From Minisyncoccota bacterium (GTDB lineage Bacteria > Patescibacteriota > Minisyncoccia > Phycocordibacterales > CAIZLB01), in contig JAIPIA010000003.1 of assembly GCA_021734945.1 (NCBI GenBank), positions 156,895 through 220,894 on the forward strand: a DNA stretch of 64,000 bases, written 5' to 3'. A program made the translations under genes and the position numbers. The notes below the pieces were generated by a model, which was not told the origin of the DNA, searched no databases, and was given only the letters and a program-made list of their open reading frames with translations. Positions 1-7,688 of this stretch are shown in pieces (positions within the stretch are counted from its first letter, which is position 1; each line of letters starts with the position of its first letter).

Positions 1-462
1 TCCAGAAAAATCTGAGACTGTACCAGTAAAGATACTAGCTAAGTCACCTACTGAGACACTAGCGGGAATATCTGGGAAAAAAGTTTTTACAGTGTTATAT
101 GTTCCAGCATGAATAGGGCTTAGTATATCTATAGTCTTGATGTGTTTTGGTAGATTGTTGATAGCAGAAACTGTCTCAGTATATAGAGGTGGAATAACGA
201 AAGTAAAGGCGCCCGCAACAAAGGCGACTATAGAGATATACATAGACACAGCTGCCAAGACCCGAGGAAACCCTCTTTTTACAAACCAACGAGTTCCAGG
301 TTCAATGACAGAAGCAATCACAACTGAAGAGAGAATGATAAGGAGGAGCCCGCGAAGTTGATATGCAAAATAGACAGCTAAAGCAAAAACAAACACTTTA
401 AAAAGCGTACCCATACTGATGTGTAGGCTCAGCTTTTTTAGTTCTACTTCTTGCTCTTTCAT
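1..462 (-). CDS. AI-2E family (PerM/UPF0118-like) membrane transporter, N-terminal part; CDS continues past the window start
   Basis: Minus-strand ATG at 460-462. Translation MKEQEVELKKLSLHISMGTLFKVFVFALAVYFAYQLRGLLLIILSSVVIASVIEPGTRWFVKRGFPRV shows hydrophobic helices typical of the AI-2E N-terminus. It is absent from the ORF track because it runs off the window edge. Confidence 0.5.
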   Translation of the reverse strand, partial: MKEQEVELKKLSLHISMGTLFKVFVFALAVYFAYQLRGLLLIILSSVVIASVIEPGTRWFVKRGFPRVLAAVSMYISIVAFVAGAFTFVIPPLYTETVSAINNLPKHIKTIDILSPIHAGTYNTVKTFFPDIPASVSVGDLASIFTGTVSDFSG

Positions 463-619
463 GCGATTTTGATTTGCGAAATCGTATTGAGTTTTATCCT
501 TTCGGCCTCAATCTTCATGCGTCTTTTTTCTCTAACTTTACATATACAATACCACTACCCTTCATAGACGGAAAGGTTGGGTGTTGATTACGAAAAGAGA
601 CATACAAACACTAACTCTG

Positions 620-2083
620 TTAGATTTTTGAGATAATATGCAAAAAATCTTTTTTATCTTTTTCACCAAATGGTCCTGTGATGGCGAGATTTACACCAGA
701 AGCCACAAAAACTTCTTTGGCCACAGTATCTACCTCTTCCTTTTTCACTCCCTCTATATGTTCTGATACCTCTTCCTCAGTAGTGATCTTATCGCGAAGG
801 ATTTCTTCTTTTCCATAAAAGTCTGCAAAATCCTCAGTCGTCTCAAGATGTAGTACAAGCCCAGAAAGTCGGTATTCTTTAACTTTTTTCAATTCATCAA
901 GACTAATACCTCCCTCTTTAAATCGTCGAACCTCGCTCATTATTCCCTCCAATGCCTCCTTTACTCTGTCATTTGCAACTCCAGCCGAAATAACCACGTT
1001 GCCGGCGTCGGGTCGAAGTAATGCACTTGAACCAACGTAATAACAGATACCGAGCTCCTCACGCATTTTTTGAAATAGTCGTGAACTCATTCCGCCTCCG
1101 AGTGCTGTAGTAAGTGTTCGCAAAGCTGAAATCTTTTTCTGTATAGCCACTGGATCCAACTTACCACTTACCTTTAGATCGAGTTTCGACGATATACCAC
1201 CATTTTCATATCCATACGCACGAAATGTAAGTATCAAATGCGTCTGATCAGTCTTACGAGTATCAATAGCAATTTGCGGAGCACTTTGTTTTACAATTGT
1301 CTTCGCACGGGTATTCTTTTTTCCCTCTGGCATTTTTCCAAAAGCTTTTTTGATTTCTGATTCAATAGTTTTCTCATCAAAATTTCCAGCAATAACTACA
1401 AGTGTATTTTTTGCGTCGTACTGACTCTTTCGATATTTAACTAAATCAGCTCTACTGAAACTTGAAACAGTTTCCTTTGTACCGAGTATCTCCCACCCCG
1501 CTGGCTGATCACCATAAAGTAAATGTGTAGCAAGCTTAGCTACTCGTGAATGAGGATCGTCTGCATACATATTTATCTCTTGAATTACTACACCTTTTTC
1601 TTTTTCAATTTCTTCTTGTGGAAATGTAGAATTCAAATATACATCTGAAACAATATCAAAAATGTGTCCTGCGTGTTTTTTGTGTGCTCGCGCAAAATAT
1701 CCAGTCAAACCACGTGATGTGAATGCATTATAATCAGCGCCAATAGTATCGAACTCGAGAGCAATACTCTTTGCAGAAGGTCGCTTAGTTGTCCCCTTGA
1801 AACACATATGTTCCAAAAAATGGGAAAGACCGTTTTGCTTTTTTGATTCAAAGTCAGCGCCTGTAGCAACAAGCACCATAGCAAGTATTGTCTGTGTCTC
1901 TTTCATTGGGATAAAAAGATATCGCAAACCATTTTTGAGAGTTTTTTTATAAAATTTTGGAGAGGAGTGTGATAGTTGAGACATCGAGGCTGATTCAGAT
2001 TTTGATGTTGCACGTGCTTTTTTTGACATGATGTACAAAATATACGCCGATGTGACTAAAATGCAAACCAGCCGGGTCCTCAC
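620..2083 (-). CDS. M16 family zinc peptidase (insulinase-like); true start probably the internal MSKK near 2026
   Basis: HxxEH zinc motif (HFLEHMCFKG) and two-lobed M16 architecture; about 430 aa from the internal Met. Confidence 0.8.
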   Translation of the reverse strand: MRTRLVCILVTSAYILYIMSKKARATSKSESASMSQLSHSSPKFYKKTLKNGLRYLFIPMKETQTILAMVLVATGADFESKKQNGLSHFLEHMCFKGTTKRPSAKSIALEFDTIGADYNAFTSRGLTGYFARAHKKHAGHIFDIVSDVYLNSTFPQEEIEKEKGVVIQEINMYADDPHSRVAKLATHLLYGDQPAGWEILGTKETVSSFSRADLVKYRKSQYDAKNTLVVIAGNFDEKTIESEIKKAFGKMPEGKKNTRAKTIVKQSAPQIAIDTRKTDQTHLILTFRAYGYENGGISSKLDLKVSGKLDPVAIQKKISALRTLTTALGGGMSSRLFQKMREELGICYYVGSSALLRPDAGNVVISAGVANDRVKEALEGIMSEVRRFKEGGISLDELKKVKEYRLSGLVLHLETTEDFADFYGKEEILRDKITTEEEVSEHIEGVKKEEVDTVAKEVFVASGVNLAITGPFGEKDKKDFLHIISKI

Positions 2084-2179
2084 TGTTGAGGCCCGGCTGT
2101 GTAGCGCTTGGTTGTAATTCTACGCTTTTTTTGATCTTCGGCGAACTAGGTTGAATGTCGCTGAGCGGATTTTTAGGTC

Positions 2180-2515
2180 CTACTCGTCGTCATCACCCTC
2201 AGGATCCCATGGAGGACTATTGCCACATGGAGTTTTAACCTTCTTTTTGAGCTGCTTTTTAGGCTTCTTCGCTGACCTCTTTTTTGACAGACATTTTGAC
2301 CAAGGAGCGTCGCTTGGTAGATGAAGGCCTTTTCCACTCAAGGCATCCATAATGCCTATACTTTCTTTTTGTACCCACCGTGGATTTTTTGCTCCAGGTG
2401 GTTTTTTACCGCAGGCTCTTATTTTCTGTGGTGGTTTTTTTGCGGTTTTCTTCGCGACTTTTTTGATACTTTTCGCTGGCATGAGTTGACCTCCATCAGT
2501 TCCAACAACTGACAC
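2180..2515 (-). CDS. hypothetical lysine-rich basic protein with acidic C-terminal tail
   Basis: 111-aa ORF rich in K and P, ending PEGDDDE; no family recognised. Confidence 0.35.
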   Translation of the reverse strand: MSVVGTDGGQLMPAKSIKKVAKKTAKKPPQKIRACGKKPPGAKNPRWVQKESIGIMDALSGKGLHLPSDAPWSKCLSKKRSAKKPKKQLKKKVKTPCGNSPPWDPEGDDDE

Positions 2516-2618
2516 ATTGTTTGTGTGATTTGTACTTGCCCCTTAGTTGGAATAAGGTTCTAGGCAAAGTGTATATCACCCATTTAGTAAGTCAATTTAA
2601 AATATTAATAGTAGTCCC

Positions 2619-2696
2619 TTAGTACAAAATAAAATAATGAAAACAGCCTAGCGACAGAGCCCGCGCACAAATGAGGCGTGAGAGTTTCGCTAGGCT
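2619..2696 (-). terminator. intrinsic terminator on minus strand (11-bp GC stem CAGCCUAGCGA/UCGCUAGGCUG followed by a U-rich tract)
   Basis: Perfect inverted repeat at 2643-2653 and 2686-2696; the minus strand then reads UUUUCAUUAUUUUAUUUU. Confidence 0.5.
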
Positions 2697-2880
2697 GGGG
2701 TTTTCGTTGGTTTCGTTGGCTGAGATGGCGAATCTCATGACTGTGAACTTGGGGCTGTTTCTGGTAAAGCCGTACTGCTCCAGACTAGGCGGACCCTGTA
2801 AGGTGCTGCACACAAGAACAGATAAGAAACCAACGCCGACCCTTGAGGGCACTCACTGCATCCGAAGTTCTCAGATTTGA
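2640..2880 (-). ncRNA. GC-rich structured RNA candidate (class unresolved; SRP-, 6S- or tmRNA-like ideas could not be confirmed)
   Basis: A ~55% GC island in ~35% GC DNA with several local hairpins (GAGAU/AUCUC, GGCU/AGCC) and both-strand overlapping short ORFs of GC-artefact composition. It ends in the terminator above. Confidence 0.3.
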
Positions 2881-3043
2881 GCCACTCTCGAACTCTGGAG
2901 AAAAATTCCTTGCTTTTTGCCACCAAGATGACTTCATCAGCATCCTTGGAAGATGTGACTTCTGCAAGTATGTTTTTCCCTGTCTTATCCACAAGAAGGC
3001 TACCCTTCCCTGCAGATGCTAATTTCTCAGCAAGACTTTCCAT
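2735..3043 (-). CDS. hypothetical small protein; only the N-terminal ~57 aa look protein-like, with weak L7Ae-like resemblance. The ORF then reads through the GC-rich element, so its true extent is uncertain
   Basis: The N-terminal sequence MESLAEKLASAGKGSLLVDKTGKNILAEVTSSKDADEVILVAKSKEFFSRVREWLK has ordinary composition. The C-terminal third is Cys/Arg/Pro-rich, typical of translating GC-rich non-coding sequence. Confidence 0.25.
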   Translation of the reverse strand: MESLAEKLASAGKGSLLVDKTGKNILAEVTSSKDADEVILVAKSKEFFSRVREWLKSENFGCSECPQGSALVSYLFLCAAPYRVRLVWSSTALPETAPSSQS

Positions 3044-3284
3044 GATATTTATCCTCTGTCTGACTTCCGGGAATCAGACGGTTTAGTTTTTGTGCAGAAT
3101 GCCAAGCAGTGAAACACCACCAAGCAAGCTTCTCAGGTTCCGGACCAAGAGATTCTGAAGTTAGAATATACTTTGACTAAGATTATTGCAATACCAAAAA
3201 TGACACCCTTTCGAGCGTCATTTTAAGTTCTTTTTCCAAACTATTTTTATACCAACATCGAGATCTACCCAACACGTATTAACT

Positions 3285-4790
3285 CTACTCAACTGAAGCA
3301 ACAAGCATCTCCTTCAACTTATCAATAGTCACTCGCTCCTGTTCACCAGTATCTCGATGTCGTACTGTTACAGTATTCAAAAGTGCAATACCATTTGCAT
3401 CAAGCTTAGCAGCACCACTTTCATCTGTCGCCTCGACTGTATCGAAGTCAATAACTACACAGAACGGCGTACCAATCTCATCTTGTCGTCGATATCGTTT
3501 ACCGATATTTCCATTATCATCAAAGGCAACTCGTCCTGGGAACACTTTTCGTAATGTGTTAAAAATTTCACGCGCTTTTTCAACAAGCTGTGGCTTATTT
3601 TTCAAAAGTGGAGAAACAGCTACGAGGATAGGTGCAATCTTTGGAGAGAACTTCATGTATGCACGTGGTTCACCACCAAGAGTATCTTCTCGATATGCAT
3701 TTGCCATTACAGCGAGAAGAAGTCGTCCGAGGCCGAATGTGGGCTCGATACAATGTGGAATAAAACGCTTTTTTGTAGCGTCCTCTTCTGATTCATCAAA
3801 ATATGAAAGGTCTACTTTTGATGCAGTGGTATGAGCATTGAGGTCAAAGTCTGTTCGATATGCAAGCCCAAGAAGTTCTTTTTGTCCAAATGGAAAATCA
3901 AACTCATGGTCAACACTATGCTTTGAATAATGCGCACGGTCTGATTCTGGAATTTCTACTTGATGAATTTTTGATGCATCAAGTCCGAGAGTATTGATAA
4001 GGAAATCTTTCTGTTCATTTTGAAAATAATCAAAACTCTCTCGCCAATCATTTGGACGAACAAAGTATTCTATCTCCATTTGTTCAAGTTCACGTACACG
4101 GAATATAAAATCACGAGGTGCAATTTCATTTCTAAAAGCCTTTCCAACTTGAGCGAGACCGAAAGGGAGTTTTGGATGAAATGAATCAACAACATTTTTA
4201 AAGTTCACGAACATACCTTGTGCTGTCTCAGGTCGAAGGTAAGAAACAGAAGAATCATCTTGAATAGCACCAACACTTGTCTGAAGCATCATATTGAACT
4301 GTCGAACATCGCCGAGTGGATTTCCTTCTGGGCTTTTGATTCCCTTTTCTTTTATAAGTGCATCCATTTGCTGAAGTGTCAGACCTTTTGGATGAGCTTT
4401 TTCATCACCTGTCTTTTCTACATAATCCTCAAGAAGATGATCTGCTCGATATCGCTTTTTAGTTTTGAGGTCTTCTACCAATGGATCAGCAAAACCCGCA
4501 ACGTGGCCACTCGCCTTCCATACATCCTGATTCATAAGAATAGCAGCATCGATACCATACATATCCTCACGGTCGAGAACAAAACGCTTCCACCAGAGAT
4601 TTTGAATATTGTTTTTCAATGCCACACCTAAAGGTCCATAATCCCATGTACCAGCAAGACCTCCGTAGATTTCAGAGCCTTGATAAATAAAGCCCTTTCG
4701 CTTTGAAAGTGAAATGAGCTTTTCCATAGTACCTTCTGGGTATGCTACTAATTCTTGGTCGGCGTGATTACTCGCGTTTTGTTCATTCAT
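3285..4790 (-). CDS. glyQS: glycine--tRNA ligase, dimeric alpha2 (GlyQS) type
   Basis: 501 aa; N-terminus and class II motifs match alpha2-type GlyRS (FIYQGSEIYGGLAGTWDYGPLG, FRNEIAPRDFIFRVREL). ATG confirmed at 4788-4790. Confidence 0.9.
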   Translation of the reverse strand: MNEQNASNHADQELVAYPEGTMEKLISLSKRKGFIYQGSEIYGGLAGTWDYGPLGVALKNNIQNLWWKRFVLDREDMYGIDAAILMNQDVWKASGHVAGFADPLVEDLKTKKRYRADHLLEDYVEKTGDEKAHPKGLTLQQMDALIKEKGIKSPEGNPLGDVRQFNMMLQTSVGAIQDDSSVSYLRPETAQGMFVNFKNVVDSFHPKLPFGLAQVGKAFRNEIAPRDFIFRVRELEQMEIEYFVRPNDWRESFDYFQNEQKDFLINTLGLDASKIHQVEIPESDRAHYSKHSVDHEFDFPFGQKELLGLAYRTDFDLNAHTTASKVDLSYFDESEEDATKKRFIPHCIEPTFGLGRLLLAVMANAYREDTLGGEPRAYMKFSPKIAPILVAVSPLLKNKPQLVEKAREIFNTLRKVFPGRVAFDDNGNIGKRYRRQDEIGTPFCVVIDFDTVEATDESGAAKLDANGIALLNTVTVRHRDTGEQERVTIDKLKEMLVASVE

Positions 4791-4958
4791 AATGACACTA
4801 TACTATATGATTTAAAGGCTTTTTACAAAGACCCTTCAGCTGAATACTTCAATCTCTTCTGAGACTTGCGAGTGCACCTGGCACGAGCACGAGGCGAATT
4901 GTCTAAAAAGAATTAGCTAATTCGTCCGTGCTCCTCATGTGAGTGTTTTATTTACGAG

Positions 4959-6947
4959 CTAGTTACTATCCGCCCCACCCACCTTATCATCACCATATTT
5001 GAATTTTGGATCTGTCTCAATCTTAATATCCAATGGTTCAGCTTTAATCTCTGTAATTTGACCTGTAAAATTATCCTTACCAGCAATCCTCTGATCCGTA
5101 ACGATAACTGGAGTAGAATTAATCTGACCAATACTTGGTAAGAATGAGACCTGGAAAGCAAAATCCTTTGCAGACTGTGAGTAACCTATTCCTGATTGCA
5201 TATCACCTACTCTCCATGATATTTGTTTTTTATCAGCATTAAATGTTACAGGACTATTGTTTGGATATGTTTGCCCTAGCCACTCTACGTACTGCGGAAG
5301 CGTCGCGGTATACACAACATCCTTTACACTATTGTATGAATTTTTAAGACTTACAAGCACTGTATATGTAGACGCTTGTTCAGGCATTGTAGGTATAGGG
5401 CCTGTATTAACAAAAGGTCCAACATTACGTACCAATCTTGTTGTAAGGTTTAAGTCTGAAGCTATTTTTACAGTTCGAGAAACGTTTGAAGATAGTTCTT
5501 CGGGTACCTTATCCTCATTCAATCGTTTTGCTCGAATAGAAAGTTCAACCTTTAAAGTCTGATTTTTAAATGTAGCGTTGTTTTCTGTACTAGGTTTAAG
5601 GGCAGCAAAACTAAATTGTAGTCGTCCTGTAGAACCAGACTTAACTTCAGCAAGTTCTTTAATTGTTGAATTATCCCAGACTATAGTGTTATCAACAGAA
5701 CGATAAAAACCCTGATTACCTTGAATAGATGACTTATCAAGCATTGGACCTGTGATTCTCGCTTGAATAACAGCGTCGTTTATAGGTACATCCAAATTAT
5801 TTTGATATGTAATTTCACCCTGAATTCCATCACCTGAATGAGCTACATACACGGGATCATTTTTTCCATCAAGAGAAATGTCCGCACTGAGAAACGGTCG
5901 CTTAAGTGTGATTGTTGTTGAATTATTTACAAATACTGTACCTATAGCCAACTTATCTGTTACGTCTTCTGTTCCTGTATAAAATCTAAATACTCGTTGT
6001 TGCAATTCTCCACCAAGAATACGTCCTCTCAATACTATTTCTCTTTCTTCACCAGGTTTAATATCTCCAAGAACCCATGTTGAATTATCACCAGCTGTTG
6101 ATGGCACTGCAGAAATGAAATCAAAACCAAATGGGTACTCAGCTTTAAAGATAAGGCCTTTTATAATTGAAGAACTATTTGAACGAACAGTAATTCTAAA
6201 TTCATTTTCCTGCTCTGGTACGACTTCAGATGCAGAATCAACATTTACAGAAATAGGCGAAGAGCCAATAAAAATTGGATACTGTTTATCTTTCAAAAAA
6301 ATATTTGTTGAACCCTCAATACGGTATTCTAGCGAGACCTTAATATTTTTCTTTGAATTTTCCTCACCAAATAATACAGATTTTATATTTTCACGCACTG
6401 TTTGTCCTTTTCCAATTGTTCCGAGAGAAATACGATCTTGTGTCATTGAAGTTACTCTATCATCAGCATTCCTTGTCCCCTCTGGATATGTAATAACAAG
6501 ATCAGCCAACAACAAATCTGTAGTGTTTCTATTTGTTATATCTACATCAAGAGAAAGTGCTTCACCTGCAGGACTTGTTACAGGTCCAAGGAGTCTGATA
6601 TCAATATTATTACTCGAAACAAAATTTGAACCTGTGTAAAAAGTATATCCAGCAAATCCAAGAGCAAGAACAAAAAATACAGAAACTACAGCCAAGATTC
6701 TCTTGAATGGATTTCCTTTAGATTTTATACTTCTTACATCTAGACCTTTTGCGCCTCCATATGAACTGAATGTTACAGCTTCCTCATCTTTTGCTATTTT
6801 TCCATCATCTTCATCGTCCTTCCACGAACTATTAACTATAACGCTGTGACGTTGCAGTCTCACTCTCGGCTCTTCTGGCATCTCTTCGCCAGAGTTTGAA
6901 AACAATTTCCGTTTTAGACCTTCTATTTTACTATCATCAATAGACAT
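4959..6947 (-). CDS. large membrane-anchored surface protein with repetitive beta-rich ectodomain, function unknown
   Basis: 662 aa with a single TM helix (ILAVVSVFFVLALGFAGYTFY) after a charged N-terminal region; the Asn/Thr/Ser-rich remainder has no catalytic motif. Confidence 0.5.
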   Translation of the reverse strand: MSIDDSKIEGLKRKLFSNSGEEMPEEPRVRLQRHSVIVNSSWKDDEDDGKIAKDEEAVTFSSYGGAKGLDVRSIKSKGNPFKRILAVVSVFFVLALGFAGYTFYTGSNFVSSNNIDIRLLGPVTSPAGEALSLDVDITNRNTTDLLLADLVITYPEGTRNADDRVTSMTQDRISLGTIGKGQTVRENIKSVLFGEENSKKNIKVSLEYRIEGSTNIFLKDKQYPIFIGSSPISVNVDSASEVVPEQENEFRITVRSNSSSIIKGLIFKAEYPFGFDFISAVPSTAGDNSTWVLGDIKPGEEREIVLRGRILGGELQQRVFRFYTGTEDVTDKLAIGTVFVNNSTTITLKRPFLSADISLDGKNDPVYVAHSGDGIQGEITYQNNLDVPINDAVIQARITGPMLDKSSIQGNQGFYRSVDNTIVWDNSTIKELAEVKSGSTGRLQFSFAALKPSTENNATFKNQTLKVELSIRAKRLNEDKVPEELSSNVSRTVKIASDLNLTTRLVRNVGPFVNTGPIPTMPEQASTYTVLVSLKNSYNSVKDVVYTATLPQYVEWLGQTYPNNSPVTFNADKKQISWRVGDMQSGIGYSQSAKDFAFQVSFLPSIGQINSTPVIVTDQRIAGKDNFTGQITEIKAEPLDIKIETDPKFKYGDDKVGGADSN

Positions 6948-6985
6948 GCAGTAAATTATATCACAGAGTCTGATTGAGTATCATG

Positions 6986-7636
6986 CTACAAATGACTACT
7001 CTCAAGAGCTTTCTTAATATGCTTTTCAATTTTTATCCGAAACTCTAGTGATTCTTCTAAACTTAGTTTTTCAATTAACTCAATTTTCCAGACAAAAATA
7101 TCCCGTATCTCATCAAAATCCTTATCATCTGACCCATAGCCGAGAGATTCAAGAACTCTAAATTCAGTAATCAAAGTTAGCGATTTTAGTACATTCGATC
7201 TATGTGGAGAAGATGTAGGAGAGGTCTTAATAAGGTCTGAAAAATATTTTGAATTTTCAAAACAAAAGGTAAACAGTTTTGAGAGCATATCAAAAAGCTC
7301 TTCATGCTTTGCTTCGCCTGCTGTCAATCGTTTTACAAACTGTAATATTCCAGTCATAAACTTACGTACATATAAGGGAACTCTTTTGTCATACAAAGAA
7401 ATGAGTTTTTCCGCACTGGTTAGACGCCAATATTCTTTTCCACGAACGAGTGCAACTTTGGAAAATGACAAATCCTGTATAGAAGGACGCAACTTAGATT
7501 TCATTACCCTCACTCCCTGCGCAGCGACAAACAATAAACCAAGGTCAGCCGTAAAAAGCGTCAGCAATTTATTTGCCTCCCCTACATCCATACTATCTAT
7601 AATGAATGCCTTTGTTTGATAAATGTGATGAGACAT
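6986..7636 (-). CDS. recO: DNA repair protein RecO
   Basis: N-terminal OB-fold pattern KAFIIDSMDVGEANKLLTLFTADLGLLFVAAQGVR; length 216 aa. Confidence 0.55.
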   Translation of the reverse strand: MSHHIYQTKAFIIDSMDVGEANKLLTLFTADLGLLFVAAQGVRVMKSKLRPSIQDLSFSKVALVRGKEYWRLTSAEKLISLYDKRVPLYVRKFMTGILQFVKRLTAGEAKHEELFDMLSKLFTFCFENSKYFSDLIKTSPTSSPHRSNVLKSLTLITEFRVLESLGYGSDDKDFDEIRDIFVWKIELIEKLSLEESLEFRIKIEKHIKKALESSHL

Positions 7637-7688
7637 GTTTCTAGTTTGGAACCTATTTCAAAATTAGACTTTGCAAACCTGTATTTTC

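Noticed and set aside
137-361. Plus-strand 74-aa ORF
   Set aside because: It lies entirely inside the better-supported minus-strand AI-2E transporter reading frame (1-462) and has no recognisable features, so it is likely spurious.
2640-2880. tmRNA (ssrA) hypothesis for the GC-rich element; it has an Ala-start tag-like frame (ANETNENPSLA...)
   Set aside because: No in-frame stop terminates the tag. No tRNA-like T-arm/acceptor with CCA sits at the 3' end, which instead ends in an intrinsic terminator. No matching acceptor 5'/3' halves were found.
2990-3060. RNase P RNA CR-I-like motif GGAAAGUC on the minus strand
   Set aside because: It coincides with the codons for M-E-S-L-A-E of a plausible small ORF, and no CR-IV/CR-V motifs or P4 partner were found within 400 nt.
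4791-4958. T-box riboswitch upstream of glyQS
   Set aside because: The leader is only ~165 nt and lacks the T-box consensus and a terminator/antiterminator pair; only a single imperfect hairpin is present.
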